A stretch of DNA of 64,000 nucleotides, taken from contig CAWJEN010000005.1 of NCBI GenBank assembly GCA_963841915.1, forward strand, positions 704,001 through 768,000, in the 5' to 3' direction. Below are positions 10,240 to 20,835 of this stretch, piece by piece (positions within the stretch are counted from its first letter, which is position 1; every line of letters begins with the position of its first letter). Position numbers and translations under genes: made by a program. Source of the stretch: an uncultured Planctomycetota bacterium. Its GTDB lineage: Bacteria; Planctomycetota; Phycisphaerae; Tepidisphaerales; Tepidisphaeraceae. The notes under the pieces are model-generated. The model saw only the letters and a program-made list of their open reading frames with translations, ran no database searches and was not told the origin of the DNA.

Positions 10240-11391
10240 GTGCCGTCGGTCGCGCTCATCGTGTACGCGTCGCTGGGCCCGGCCGCAGCGTGGGCGATTG
10301 TGCTGCTGACCATGCTGGGCAGGCGGCGGATGACGCGGTTGTCGAATCCGTTGCAGGTGCCACCGCTTCCCGACCCGCCGCCGCGCGTGCGGGTATTCGT
10401 GCCGGTTCGCGACGAAGTCAAGGGCGTCGCGAACTGCGTCGCGTCCGTGCTGCAGCAGAATTATTTGCCGTCGCACCTCGATCTGGTCGTCGTTGACGAC
10501 CGCAGCACCGACGGGACCCGCGACGTGCTGGACACGCTGCAGGACGACCGAATGATCGTGCTGCACGTCGACGACGTGCCAGCCGGTTGGCTCGGTAAGC
10601 CACACGCCCTGCACCAGGCCGTCACGCGACACGGCGGCGAGGTCGACTGGCACTTGTTCGTCGACAGCGACGTGCACCTCAAACCCGATGCCATCCGTCA
10701 AGCCGTCGCGGTGGCGGTGGCGCGGGAGTACGACGCCGTCTCGCTCATGACGCAGTTGGTCGTCCCGACACTGCTCGAACAGGCCATTGCACCGCTTGTG
10801 GCGACGGTGTGGATGACAACGTTCAGGGCCAGCGACACCAACAACGACGGCCGTCCCACGTCGGCCGTGGCCAACGGGCAGTTCCTGCTCATCCGACCGG
10901 CCGCCCTCGCACAAGCCGGCGGGCACGCGGCGGTCAAGGATCAGACCTGCGAAGACGTGGCGCTGTTTCGCCTCATAAAGTCGCACGAGCGGCGCGTGCG
11001 GCTCTTCGCCGGCGCACACCTGACGGCCACACGGATGCACGCGACGTGGCAGCAGCTCTTCAACGGCTGGGCCCGCAACTTCGCCGGAACGGCCAGGCAC
11101 CGCCCGATGCCGATCGTCGTCGCGATGCTGGTCTTAGCCACGCAGCTGGTCGCCTGGCCGCTGTTGCTTGTCGGCGGTTGGTGGACGGTCACCGCCCTTG
11201 TTCATGTAGCGGCAACGGCAACGTGGGCCGTCTTCGCCTGCCGTTCGGCCGGACTGGCGTTGGCCGCAACTGCGCGATCGGTGTTGCTGCACCCGCTATC
11301 CATCGTGGCGATCCTGATCCTGCTGGCGAACGGCGTCCGGGCCTGTTTCGGCGGAAGCGTGACGTGGCGCGGGAGCGTCGTCAAAGCCTGA
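10240..11391 (+). CDS. Membrane GT2 glycosyltransferase (HpnB/CrtQ-like)
   Basis: VPVRDE, VDDRSTDGT, PAGWLGKPHAL, FVDSD, ANGQFLLI, EDV; C-terminal TM helices and VTWRG. Confidence 0.85.
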   Translation: MPSVALIVYASLGPAAAWAIVLLTMLGRRRMTRLSNPLQVPPLPDPPPRVRVFVPVRDEVKGVANCVASVLQQNYLPSHLDLVVVDDRSTDGTRDVLDTLQDDRMIVLHVDDVPAGWLGKPHALHQAVTRHGGEVDWHLFVDSDVHLKPDAIRQAVAVAVAREYDAVSLMTQLVVPTLLEQAIAPLVATVWMTTFRASDTNNDGRPTSAVANGQFLLIRPAALAQAGGHAAVKDQTCEDVALFRLIKSHERRVRLFAGAHLTATRMHATWQQLFNGWARNFAGTARHRPMPIVVAMLVLATQLVAWPLLLVGGWWTVTALVHVAATATWAVFACRSAGLALAATARSVLLHPLSIVAILILLANGVRACFGGSVTWRGSVVKA

Positions 11392-11394
11392 CGC

Positions 11395-12378
11395 TTACCC
11401 GCTCGCGCTGACATGCTTTGCCCGCATGAGCTTCTGGATCGGCACAAACGGTGCCGACGTGACGCGACCAGCGCTCAGGCCGAGGCCGACGGTCTTGAGC
11501 TTGGCGAGCTTGAACGCTGAGCATCGGCCGACGTTGTCGTGCAGACGCAAAGCCAGCGGGTTCCAAAGCGTGTTGCCGTCGATCAGCGTCAGGCCCTCAC
11601 GTTCGTAGAGCGACGTGCGGCCGGCGTAGCGGCGATTGCTTCGCAGGTGCGTCGGGTAGGGCGGCGCGATGAGGTAGAACGGCGCGTGCGTCAGCAGTAC
11701 GCCGCCCGGATCGACGAGTCGTTTGACGAGCGAAGCCACATGTTGCCGCGGACTCGGGACGTGCTCGAGCACGTCGAAGCACGTCACGGCATCGAAGCCG
11801 TCGCCGTCGTGTTCGCCTTCGATGAGCGTGACCGACACGCCGAAGCGGGCAAACAAAGCCTGGGCGTAGCGACGACTGGACCCCGGGAATTCGAAGTAGC
11901 TGACGTCGTGCCCGTCGAGGGCCAGGGCCAGCGCGTCGACGCCGAGCCCGTCGCCGTGACACAGGACGCGGAGCGGCCGCCCGAGCCGCTTTGACTCTCG
12001 CGTAAGGAAGGCCTGCGACCACTGCCGCATGGAGCGTTTGAACGGCTGTCGGTTCCAGACGATGAGCTCGAAGATGAACGCGTCGCTGTCCCCGTAGAAG
12101 GCCAGCAGTTCGTCCGACCACTCGTATGGCGTGATGTGTCGCCGCTCAATCTCCGCCGCCACCGTACGGCCGGGCGAGCGGACCTCGTCGCGGATCAGAC
12201 GCTGCACCTCGTCGGCTGAACGCCCTGTTGCCTCAGCGGCAAGGGTGACTGCAACTTCGTCCGTCGTTGCGGCTTGGACGGCAGACGTGGAGGTGTCAAT
12301 TGAACCCGGCACGAACGGTTGTAGGACCGCCGCCAACAGGTCGCCGCTGAGGAGGTATCGCCCGATGCCCCTCGCCAA
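11395..12378 (-). CDS. Class I SAM-dependent methyltransferase
   Basis: VLCHGDGLG motif I; FDAVTCFDVLEHVPSP; PGGVL. Confidence 0.8.
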   Translation of the reverse strand: MARGIGRYLLSGDLLAAVLQPFVPGSIDTSTSAVQAATTDEVAVTLAAEATGRSADEVQRLIRDEVRSPGRTVAAEIERRHITPYEWSDELLAFYGDSDAFIFELIVWNRQPFKRSMRQWSQAFLTRESKRLGRPLRVLCHGDGLGVDALALALDGHDVSYFEFPGSSRRYAQALFARFGVSVTLIEGEHDGDGFDAVTCFDVLEHVPSPRQHVASLVKRLVDPGGVLLTHAPFYLIAPPYPTHLRSNRRYAGRTSLYEREGLTLIDGNTLWNPLALRLHDNVGRCSAFKLAKLKTVGLGLSAGRVTSAPFVPIQKLMRAKHVSASG

Positions 12379-12446
12379 TCGCTCTTTCGACTCAACCTCT
12401 GCTCATGCTGGTTCTGCCGCTGCGATGGCTTAAGGTGTCACCGCCC

Positions 12447-14183
12447 ATGCCGCAAGCTCCGACCACGCTCAACTACGAGGCAGCCGTCGTGCCCGGGCGG
12501 TACGAGTGGGCGATGGAGAACGAACGTGCGAAAATGCTGCGTCGCCGGTTCCTGTGGTTCACCGGCACGTTGACGGTTCTGTCACTGCTGTTCTCACCGA
12601 TCAACATCGTCGGCCTTGTCAGTTCCAAAGGCGGAGCCGAGTGGCGGGCGCAGCTCATTTCCTTCGTCACGCTCCTCGTCCAGCTTGCTGCCACCATCTG
12701 GGCGTTCTGGTACGCCAAACGACAGGTTCGCAACGAGAGACGGCTGTACGCCATCGCCTTCTGGCTTGTCGTCGGCCTGGGTCTGACTTCGCTGGTGGCC
12801 AGTCGTGTCGCGGGCGTCATCGGCCTGCAGGAAGGGTACAAAGCCGGCCAGTTGGCCAAGCAGGCCAAGGCAGAAGGCCGCGATCCGACGACGCAACCCA
12901 AGCCGGTGTTCTACTTCGAGCTCGACAGCCAGCGGGTGGTCGAGGTGCGCGAGGACGAGGCCACGACGGCAGGCGACGCCGTTGCGGCTGTGGTCGAATC
13001 TGCGCCACGTCTCCCTGTGCCGAGGGGAAGCGTCGAAGCCCCTACCGAGGCCGAGGAAGTGGGCGAAACCATCGGCAAGAAGCTTGCCAGTACCGCCGCT
13101 ACCGGGCCACCACTTTGGGTCGTGTCGTTGGTGGCGTTAGTGGCCGTGTGGTGGTCGATCTTTGTCACGCATTTCTTCGCATGCTTGTTCCTGCCGTGGA
13201 AGGTTAAGGAGGCGTGGCGACCGGCGCAGTGGTTGCTGCTGGCGGCGTTGTTGATTCTGGTGTTGGACCTGTTCACGGGCAACGCGTCGTTGCCTTTCCT
13301 CATTCTCGGCATCATCTTTCTGCCGCTGTCACCGCTTCCGGGACTCGGCTGGTGCTGGTGGCGGCACAGTGCGTTTCGGCAGCGGTATCGGTTGTCGTTC
13401 GTCAGCGACCAGTTCCGCCAGATCGAAAACGACCTGGCCGGTGCGAGACGCGTCCACGACAGTGTGCTACCGCCGCCGCGCAAGCAGGGGCCGGTCCGCG
13501 TCGCGTACGCCTACGAGCCGGCCCGCGAGATCGGTGGCGATCTCATCTTCGTCCACCCGCGGCAGTTCGACCCCGAACATCCCGACCAGCCGGTCAGCGT
13601 CGTCGTGCTCGACGTGGCCGGTCACGGCATTGCGGCGGCCCTTGCCGTCAACCGACTGTCCGGCGAACTCGAGCGTCTCTTCGCCGAGCACCCGGACCTG
13701 CGGCCCGACCGGCTCATGTCGATGCTGAACCGGTACATCCACCTCACGCTTGCGAGGCACTCGGCATTCGTCACCGGCTTTGCTGTTCGTGTCGACCCGC
13801 ACGCCAAGCGGCCGCTGAGCATCTGCGGTGCCGGGCACCCGGACGCGTTCCTTTGCTCCGACGACGACGTCAAGCGGCTCGGCAGCGAGGCCATGATGCT
13901 CGGCGTCGTCCCGCCAGAAGCCTTCGTCGCTCCGCTCGTCGAGCACGACCTCGACCCCGGCGAGGTGCTCATGCTCTACACCGACGGCGCTGCCGAGGCC
14001 CGCAACACCGACGGCGACATGGTGACCATTGCAGGCGTCTGCGACTACGCCGCCGACGCCCGACGCGACGGTGGCGAGCCGCACCTGTGGCCCGGCGCGA
14101 TGCTCAATCGCGTGGCCGCCTTCCGCAACGCCCCGCCGGAGGACGACACGCTGGTCGCCGTCGTCTATCGCCCGACGCACTGA
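12447..14183 (+). CDS. Membrane-anchored PP2C/SpoIIE-type (RsbU-like) Ser/Thr phosphatase
   Basis: Multiple N-terminal TM helices; YEPAREIGGD, DVAGHGIAAAL, AGHP, LYTDG, DDTL. Confidence 0.9.
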   Translation: MPQAPTTLNYEAAVVPGRYEWAMENERAKMLRRRFLWFTGTLTVLSLLFSPINIVGLVSSKGGAEWRAQLISFVTLLVQLAATIWAFWYAKRQVRNERRLYAIAFWLVVGLGLTSLVASRVAGVIGLQEGYKAGQLAKQAKAEGRDPTTQPKPVFYFELDSQRVVEVREDEATTAGDAVAAVVESAPRLPVPRGSVEAPTEAEEVGETIGKKLASTAATGPPLWVVSLVALVAVWWSIFVTHFFACLFLPWKVKEAWRPAQWLLLAALLILVLDLFTGNASLPFLILGIIFLPLSPLPGLGWCWWRHSAFRQRYRLSFVSDQFRQIENDLAGARRVHDSVLPPPRKQGPVRVAYAYEPAREIGGDLIFVHPRQFDPEHPDQPVSVVVLDVAGHGIAAALAVNRLSGELERLFAEHPDLRPDRLMSMLNRYIHLTLARHSAFVTGFAVRVDPHAKRPLSICGAGHPDAFLCSDDDVKRLGSEAMMLGVVPPEAFVAPLVEHDLDPGEVLMLYTDGAAEARNTDGDMVTIAGVCDYAADARRDGGEPHLWPGAMLNRVAAFRNAPPEDDTLVAVVYRPTH

Positions 14184-14207
14184 GCCGGCTCACGTCTACG
14201 CTCAACC

Positions 14208-15257
14208 GTGCAGCCGACGCCGCGAGAACTTGGCTTGTCGTTTCCGCCTGAGTGGGCACCGCACGCCGCCACCTGGATGAGTTGGCCGCGTCCTGAGGGC
14301 ATCAGTTTCCCGGATCGCTACGAGCACGTGCTGCCGAATCTGGCAGGCATCATTGCGGCGATCGCCCGATTCGAGCCCGTGAACCTGAATGTCCCCGACG
14401 CCGACTGGGCAGACACCGTTCGCAGCCGACTGCTACCGACGCTGGGCGACCTCATCAATCGCGTGTCGTTTCGGCACGTCGCTACCAACGAGCCGTGGTG
14501 CCGCGACCACGGGCCTGCGTTCGTCGTCAACCATCGCCAGAAGGCCGTCGTCGACTGGAAGTTCAACGCCTGGGGCGGCAAGTACCCGCCGTGGGACGAC
14601 GACGACGCCGTCCCGACCCGCGTCGGCGAACTGCTCGATCTGCGCGTCTTCGACGGGCCGATCGTCATGGAAGGCGGAGCCGTCGACTTCAACGGCAACG
14701 GCGTCGTCCTGACTACCCGCGACTGCCTGCTTAACCCGAACCGCAACGGCAACCTGCACAAGCTCGACATCGAAGGCCACGTGCTTGACTACTACGGCCA
14801 AGAGAAAGTCTGTTGGCTCTCAGGCGGCATCGCCGGTGACGACACGGACGGCCACGTCGACGACCTGGCACGCTTCGTCAATGAGCGGACCATTGTCGTC
14901 GGCGTCGAGGACGATGCGGGTGACGACAATTACGACGTGACGCGAAGCGCCGCCGAGCAGTGCCGCGAACTCACCGACGCCGACGGGCGGCCGTTCGATG
15001 TGGTCGAGCTGCCGATGCCGGGGCGTGTCGAGATCGAGGGCGAGCGGGTGCCAGCGACGTACGTCAACTTCTACTTCGTCAACGGCGCGTTGCTCGTCCC
15101 GACGTACGGCCACGATAATGACGCGATCTGCCTGAAAAAGCTGCAGACGTTGCTACCTCAACGTCAAGTCGTCGGCGTCGATTGTCGTGAAGTCATCTGG
15201 GGGCTCGGCGCTATCCATTGCCTGACGCAGCAGGAACCCAAGGGGCCGACACCATGA
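14208..15257 (+). CDS. aguA: Agmatine deiminase family protein
   Basis: PPEWAPHAATWMSWP, WCRDHGP, FNAWGGKY, MEGG, DDTDGHVD, GAIHCLTQQEP. Confidence 0.92.
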   Translation: MQPTPRELGLSFPPEWAPHAATWMSWPRPEGISFPDRYEHVLPNLAGIIAAIARFEPVNLNVPDADWADTVRSRLLPTLGDLINRVSFRHVATNEPWCRDHGPAFVVNHRQKAVVDWKFNAWGGKYPPWDDDDAVPTRVGELLDLRVFDGPIVMEGGAVDFNGNGVVLTTRDCLLNPNRNGNLHKLDIEGHVLDYYGQEKVCWLSGGIAGDDTDGHVDDLARFVNERTIVVGVEDDAGDDNYDVTRSAAEQCRELTDADGRPFDVVELPMPGRVEIEGERVPATYVNFYFVNGALLVPTYGHDNDAICLKKLQTLLPQRQVVGVDCREVIWGLGAIHCLTQQEPKGPTP

Positions 15258-15640
15258 GGATCGTCGGCCACGGGATCGACTTGGTCGATGTCGACAAGAT
15301 CGCTGCGTTGCTCGAACGGCACGGCGATCGGTTCGTCCAGCGATGCTTCACGCCCGAAGAAGCCGCTTACTGCCGGCGGAGCAGCAAGCGGGTGGCTGAG
15401 CACTTCGCCGCCCGTTTCGCCGCCAAGGAAGCGGTGCTCAAAGCGCTCGGCACCGGCAGGCGGCACGGGATCGCCTGGACCGACATCGACGTCGTCCGGC
15501 TGTCGACGGGTGAGCCGACGGTGTCGCTCGGTGGCGTGGCCGGCGACATCGCGTCGGGCCGCGGAATCGTCGGGTGGAACCTGTCGCTGACCCACACGAA
15601 CACGGTGGCCGCGGCAAGTGCGATCGCTCTGGCCGACTGA
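15254..15640 (+). CDS. acpS: Holo-[acyl-carrier-protein] synthase
   Basis: IVGHGIDLVD, FAARFAAKEAVLKALGTG, LSLTH; ATGA overlap with the aguA stop. Confidence 0.95.
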   Translation: MRIVGHGIDLVDVDKIAALLERHGDRFVQRCFTPEEAAYCRRSSKRVAEHFAARFAAKEAVLKALGTGRRHGIAWTDIDVVRLSTGEPTVSLGGVAGDIASGRGIVGWNLSLTHTNTVAAASAIALAD

Positions 15641-15663
15641 AGAGGCCTTCCTAACCTGACGCC

Positions 15664-16083
15664 GTGAATGACACGCAGCGGGACGATCGATTTGACGTGC
15701 TGTACACCAGCGACATTGCCGCCGAGGTGAAGTCGACGTTCGAAGAGATGATCGGCTTCGGCGGCACGGCGGTGGCGGCGACGCAGGAGACCGTCGCCCG
15801 CTTCGGCCATGCCCTCTCCGATGAGGACGACGGGCCGGTGATTCTGGTAGCACTGGCGGCCTTGCAGGTGACGCACGGCGTGATCTTCACCAGCATCCGC
15901 GATGCCGCCATCGCCGCCATCGATTCCGGTGCCGCCAGCCGCCAGGTCCATGGCCCCGCCGATGGCGAGGTGCATCTGGCATTGAGCGAGTTACGCGATC
16001 TGCTCGATGAGCTGCCGACGGAAGACGACGATGAGGATGACGAAGATTTTGAGGACGACGAAGACTTCGAAGACGAAGATTGA
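15664..16083 (+). CDS. Small helical hypothetical protein with acidic tail
   Basis: DEDDGPVILVALAALQ...AIAAIDSG core; D/E-rich last ~20 aa. Confidence 0.7.
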   Translation: MNDTQRDDRFDVLYTSDIAAEVKSTFEEMIGFGGTAVAATQETVARFGHALSDEDDGPVILVALAALQVTHGVIFTSIRDAAIAAIDSGAASRQVHGPADGEVHLALSELRDLLDELPTEDDDEDDEDFEDDEDFEDED

Positions 16084-16119
16084 ATCGCTCTGTCGATGTC
16101 AAACCGACCTCGGCTCAAC

Positions 16120-17571
16120 TCAGACGTCGGGAGCGTCCACGCCTGACGCTGCCGCTTGCTGCTCGGGCCAGCGGTGGTTGCGACGCGGGATGAGCGCTCC
16201 GGTCTCCTTGCGATGAGTGTGCAGAAGCGAACGCAGCCGCTGAGTCGTTTCGGGTTCTTCGTCAGCCAGGTCACGTGTTTCGCTGACGTCGTCACGCAGG
16301 TTGAACAACGAGACACTGCCGGTGCCGCCATCGAAGTGCTCGATGAGTTTCCAGTCGCCTGCCCGTATCGAGCCGCTGGGGGTGTCGCCCTGGTTGCTGT
16401 AGTGCGGGTAGTGGAAGCAGATCGCTTGGCGGTCGGGCACGATGCCGTCGCTCAGGAGCGGCAACAGGTCGATTCCGTCGGCGTGCTGCTCGGGCATCGG
16501 CTCAAGACCGGCCGCGGCAAGGGCAGTGGGGTACCAGTCGCATGTGTAGCTCGGCACGTCGCACTCGCCGGGCTTGATGCGACCGGGCCAACTGGCGATC
16601 TGACAAACCCGCACGCCCCCTTCTCTGGTCCAGCCTTTGCCCTCGCTCATCGGGGCGTTGCAGGTCGGCGAACCCTCCGACGTCGCCAGGCCGCCGTTGT
16701 CGCTGAGGAAGACGATCAGCGTCTGCTCCGTCAGGTTCTCGGCTTCGAGCTTGTCGAGCAGCCGGCCGATGTTCGCATCAAGGTTCTCGATCATGGCCGC
16801 GTACGTCGGATCGCTCTGGACCGTCCGCCGCATCAGACGTTGGCCCTGCTTGCTGGCACTGGAGAACAGCTCACCTTCGATAGTCGCTGATTCCTGATCA
16901 AGCCCCATCGCCTTGGCCTTGGCCTGGTACTTTGACACGAGTTCGGCCGGTGCCCGGATCGGCGTATGAACCGCGTAGTGCCACAGGTTCAGGAAAAAGG
17001 GCTTGTTCTCTTCGCGACCCTCGATCAGTCGGATCGCTTCGTCGGTCAAGGCGTCGGTCAGGTACGTGCCGTCGGCGTACGACGCGTCGCTCAAGGTTGG
17101 GATGCCCCACGGGTTGAAGTAGCCTTGCTTGGGCCTGCCCCACCCGCAGCCGGCGATGTTGATGTCGAAGCCGTGTCGCTCTGGCCAGTGTGTTTGGTCG
17201 CCGAGGTGCCATTTGCCGACGTGCCACGTCTGGTACCCGCCGCGGCGCAAAGCTTCGGCGACGCTGACTTCCGTTTTTGGCAGGTGGTAGAAGTATGGAA
17301 CGTCGCAGAGTGCACCGTAATCGCGGCCGCCGATCCACTGCGTGATGCCGACGCGTGCAGGCACTTTGCCGGTCATGAGCGACGCCCGCGTCGGTGAGCA
17401 GACGGGCGAGGCTGCGTAGGCATCGGTGAATCTGAGGCCGCCAGCCGCCAGCTTGTCGAGGTTCGGCGTCTCGTAGAACGAGCTGCCGTAGCACCCAAGG
17501 TCGCAACAGCCCAAGTCGTCGATCAGGACGAAGACGATGTTCGGCTGCTTGGCGGCACGTCGCGTGGTCAT
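16120..17571 (-). CDS. Sulfatase (formylglycine-dependent, Cys-type)
   Basis: PNIVFVLIDDLG, CSPTRASLMTG, GKWHLG, HYAVHTP, SDNGG. Confidence 0.95.
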   Translation of the reverse strand: MTTRRAAKQPNIVFVLIDDLGCCDLGCYGSSFYETPNLDKLAAGGLRFTDAYAASPVCSPTRASLMTGKVPARVGITQWIGGRDYGALCDVPYFYHLPKTEVSVAEALRRGGYQTWHVGKWHLGDQTHWPERHGFDINIAGCGWGRPKQGYFNPWGIPTLSDASYADGTYLTDALTDEAIRLIEGREENKPFFLNLWHYAVHTPIRAPAELVSKYQAKAKAMGLDQESATIEGELFSSASKQGQRLMRRTVQSDPTYAAMIENLDANIGRLLDKLEAENLTEQTLIVFLSDNGGLATSEGSPTCNAPMSEGKGWTREGGVRVCQIASWPGRIKPGECDVPSYTCDWYPTALAAAGLEPMPEQHADGIDLLPLLSDGIVPDRQAICFHYPHYSNQGDTPSGSIRAGDWKLIEHFDGGTGSVSLFNLRDDVSETRDLADEEPETTQRLRSLLHTHRKETGALIPRRNHRWPEQQAAASGVDAPDV

Positions 17572-17709
17572 GGCTGGACGTGGCAAAGTTTCGTTTGTCC
17601 GCCGACTGTCGGCGAAACGGCATGTCACGCCTGCAGTTTCACCGTTGCCCGTGGCAGGCGTCGGCCCGACCTTAGACACGTGCTAGAAGCTCCATCACCC
17701 CTGAAAACG

Positions 17710-18792
17710 ATGACCTCTGGCCGCTCGTCGACGGCCATCATCCTGACGGCTGCCTTCGTCGCGGCAATGGTGTTTCTCACATGGCACCTCAAATGGGCCA
17801 TCGGTATCACATTCACCGCAGCGCTGGTGGGCGTGTTCCTGTACACCGGTGGCAAGCTGCTGACGAAAGTCGTCGGGGGAAACGGCACACGCGGGCTGGC
17901 GCTCTTTTGCCTCATCCTGGTGGCACTGGTCGCCGGCTTTGCCGCGATCGCCTTGCCGTCACTCATCAGCGAAGGCGACGAGTTGGTCGATCGTGGACCA
18001 CAGATTCTCGAGCAGTCCCGGCAATGGCTCGGCCAGCGGACGTGGGGCCAGTGGGCGATCGGACAGTTCGGCCTCGAACGCTCACCGGCCGAGGCCCTAT
18101 CGGGCGACGCCACCCGCCAGGCCATCACCGGCCAGGCGATGTCGACGATGGGCCTTGGCTCGTCGGTGTTAATCTACGGCGTCTTCCTCGCCTTCACCGG
18201 GCTGTACCTCGCGATCGACCCGGCGCTCTACCGCCGCGGCGTCTTGTGGCTGCTGCCAAAGCAGCATCGCGAGTCTGCCGATGATGCGCTGATCGAAGTC
18301 GGCGAGACGCTGGAGCGCTGGCTTTACGCGCGTCTGCTGTCGATGGCCGTCGTCGGTGTAGCCAGCGGGCTTGGCTTATGGGCATTGGGCGTGCCCCTGC
18401 CGTTCATTTGTGCGGTGATCGCGTTCGTGCTGTGCTTCGTCCCCAACTTTGGGCCGATCCTGAGCGTCTTACCGCCGATTCTGCTGGCACTGACGGCCAC
18501 GAGCGACGACGCGACCTTCGTTGCTGCCGGTGTTCCGCTGGCCGGCGCGGTCGCCGTGTTGTACCTGTTGATCCAGGTCCTGGAGAGTTACGTCTTAACG
18601 CCGATCATCCAGCAGAAAGCCGTCGACCTGCCACCGGCGTTGTTGATCGTGGCGCAGCTCGTGATGGGCCTGCTGCTGGGCATCATCGGCGTCATCATCG
18701 CCGCCCCGCTTGTCGCTGCCATCATGACGGCGTCGAAGGAACTCTGGATCGAAGGCGACGTCGATAACGAAGACCCGAAGGAGACGGCCTGA
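17710..18792 (+). CDS. AI-2E family transporter
   Basis: Multi-TM; FVPNFGPILS, IQVLESYVLTPIIQQKAVDLPP, LGIIGVIIAAPL. Confidence 0.9.
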   Translation: MTSGRSSTAIILTAAFVAAMVFLTWHLKWAIGITFTAALVGVFLYTGGKLLTKVVGGNGTRGLALFCLILVALVAGFAAIALPSLISEGDELVDRGPQILEQSRQWLGQRTWGQWAIGQFGLERSPAEALSGDATRQAITGQAMSTMGLGSSVLIYGVFLAFTGLYLAIDPALYRRGVLWLLPKQHRESADDALIEVGETLERWLYARLLSMAVVGVASGLGLWALGVPLPFICAVIAFVLCFVPNFGPILSVLPPILLALTATSDDATFVAAGVPLAGAVAVLYLLIQVLESYVLTPIIQQKAVDLPPALLIVAQLVMGLLLGIIGVIIAAPLVAAIMTASKELWIEGDVDNEDPKETA

Positions 18793-18847
18793 CCGGCCCC
18801 GCCACGTGGTGCGATCACGTGCCTGAGGCGCTGGAGGCTGCGCTACC

Positions 18848-19654
18848 GTGCTCGCCTTGACGCTGCCGTCGTTCATCATCGTGCCGCCTGGCGTTGAACC
18901 GTGGTGGTACGTCACGGCCCTGTTGCTGGCGGCAGTCATTCAGGGCATGGCCAAGAGCGGCTTCGGCGGCGGGATCGGCATCCTGGCCGTGCCGCTGGTG
19001 GCCAACGTGTTGCCGCCCGATCAGGCGATCGGCGTGCTGCTGCCGATGCTCATCGTCGGCGACATCGTCGCCAGTGTCATGCACCGCAGGAACGTCGACT
19101 GGCCGACACTTCGCCCCGTGCTCGGCGGCAGCGTCTTGGGCATCATCGTCGGCACGATCGTGCTCTACCTGCTGGGCACGGCCGACAAGCTGACGTTCGC
19201 CCTCAACCTGCTCGTAGGCGGCATCTGCCTGCTCATGGTGGCGGTGCAGGCGTGGCGGTTGACGGGTCGCCACCTGCCGCGCGTGCGACCGACGACGCGT
19301 AACGGCCTCGGCGTCGGATCGGCCGTCGGCGTCGCCAGCACGCTCGCCCACTCTGCCGGGCCCGTCGCGGCGATTTACTTCCTCGAAATCAAGCTCGACA
19401 AGGCCCGCCTCGTGGCGACGGCCGCGTGGCTGTTCTTCCTGGTCAACATGCTGAAATTGCCGACGTACTTTGGCCTCGGCCTGATCAATCCGGCCACGCT
19501 GCTCCAGAGTCTGTGGGCGGTTGCGGGCATTCCGATCGGGTCGGTGCTGGGCTTGTGGATGCACCGTCGAATCCCCGAGAAGCCTTTCACGATTGTCATC
19601 TACGTCGCCGCGGCATTGGCGGCGGCACGGATGATTTGGAAGGCGTTCGTCTGA
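18848..19654 (+). CDS. TauE/SafE (TSUP) family exporter
   Basis: GMAKSGFGGG, STLAHSAGP, FFLVNMLKLP; about 8 TM helices. Confidence 0.88.
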   Translation: MLALTLPSFIIVPPGVEPWWYVTALLLAAVIQGMAKSGFGGGIGILAVPLVANVLPPDQAIGVLLPMLIVGDIVASVMHRRNVDWPTLRPVLGGSVLGIIVGTIVLYLLGTADKLTFALNLLVGGICLLMVAVQAWRLTGRHLPRVRPTTRNGLGVGSAVGVASTLAHSAGPVAAIYFLEIKLDKARLVATAAWLFFLVNMLKLPTYFGLGLINPATLLQSLWAVAGIPIGSVLGLWMHRRIPEKPFTIVIYVAAALAAARMIWKAFV

Positions 19655-19718
19655 GGAGCCGTGGCGGGTTGATTCCGCACCTTCCGTGTGTCGACGACGG
19701 CCGAATATAGTCGCGATC

Positions 19719-20813
19719 ATGCCCACCACACAGCTCGATCACTATCGCCTTCTCGGCCGTTCGGGCCTTCGCGTCAGCCCGTTGTGCCTCGGCACGATGA
19801 CGTTCGGCGAAGACTGGCAGACCGGGGCCAATGAAGAAGATTCCCGCGCGATCTTCAACGACTACATCGACAAGGGCGGCAACTTCATCGACACCGCCGA
19901 CCTCTACACCAACGGCACAAGCGAGCAATACGTCGGCAAGTTCGCCAAAGAAGTCGGCCGCGATCGGCTCGTCATCGCTACCAAGTTCACCTTCAACGCC
20001 GGGGCGCTCGGCGACGCGTACAAGCTCAAAACGCGGCCCGATCCCAACGCGGGCGGCAACGCGCGCAAACACATGCGCAACGCTGTCGAAGACTCGCTCA
20101 AGCGGCTCGGCACCGACTACATCGACCTCTACTGGGTCCACGCCTTCGACGGCAGAACGCCCGTCGAAGAGACGATGCGGGCGCTGGACGATCTCGTCAA
20201 GCAAGGCAAAATCCTGTACGTCGGTGTCAGCGATTACCCGGCGTGGAAAGTCGCCGAGGCCAACACGCTTGCGTTGCTTCGCGGCTGGACGCCGTTTGTG
20301 GCATTGCAGGTGGAATACTCGCTCGTCGAGCGGACGACGGAGCGAGACCTGATTCCGATGGCAAGAGATTTCGGGCTGGGCGTGACACCGTGGTCGCCGC
20401 TGGGTCAGGGCGTGCTCACCGGCAAGTTCCTCGACGGCGGCAAGGATGAAGGCTCGCGGCTGGACAAGAACAAGGACCGGATGGGCGGCAAGTACCGCAA
20501 CGACGCCGCCGACAAAGCCGCGCGGGCAGTTGTTGCCGTGGCCGAGGCCAAGGGCGTTTCGCCCAGCCGCGTCGCGTTGGCGTGGCTGCTGCATCAGCCG
20601 GGCGTGACGTCACCCATCATCGGAGCCCGCAAGACCAGTCACCTCGACGACAACATCGAGGCTGTCAGCGTCGACTTGAGCCAGAGCGACCTCAAGCAGC
20701 TCGACGAAGCGACGACGCTGGAGCTGGGATTCCCGCACGACTTCCTGACCGAAGTCGACCCCATGATCCGTGGCCAGGCGACCATTGACGCTCCCCACGG
20801 GCGACTGGTCTGA
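19719..20813 (+). CDS. Aldo/keto reductase
   Basis: LGRSGLRVSPLCLGTMTFG, FIDTADLY, SLKRLGTDYIDLY, LQVEYSL, PWSPLGQG. Confidence 0.95.
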   Translation: MPTTQLDHYRLLGRSGLRVSPLCLGTMTFGEDWQTGANEEDSRAIFNDYIDKGGNFIDTADLYTNGTSEQYVGKFAKEVGRDRLVIATKFTFNAGALGDAYKLKTRPDPNAGGNARKHMRNAVEDSLKRLGTDYIDLYWVHAFDGRTPVEETMRALDDLVKQGKILYVGVSDYPAWKVAEANTLALLRGWTPFVALQVEYSLVERTTERDLIPMARDFGLGVTPWSPLGQGVLTGKFLDGGKDEGSRLDKNKDRMGGKYRNDAADKAARAVVAVAEAKGVSPSRVALAWLLHQPGVTSPIIGARKTSHLDDNIEAVSVDLSQSDLKQLDEATTLELGFPHDFLTEVDPMIRGQATIDAPHGRLV

Positions 20814-20835
20814 GAAGCAGGTGGCGAAGCAGAGG

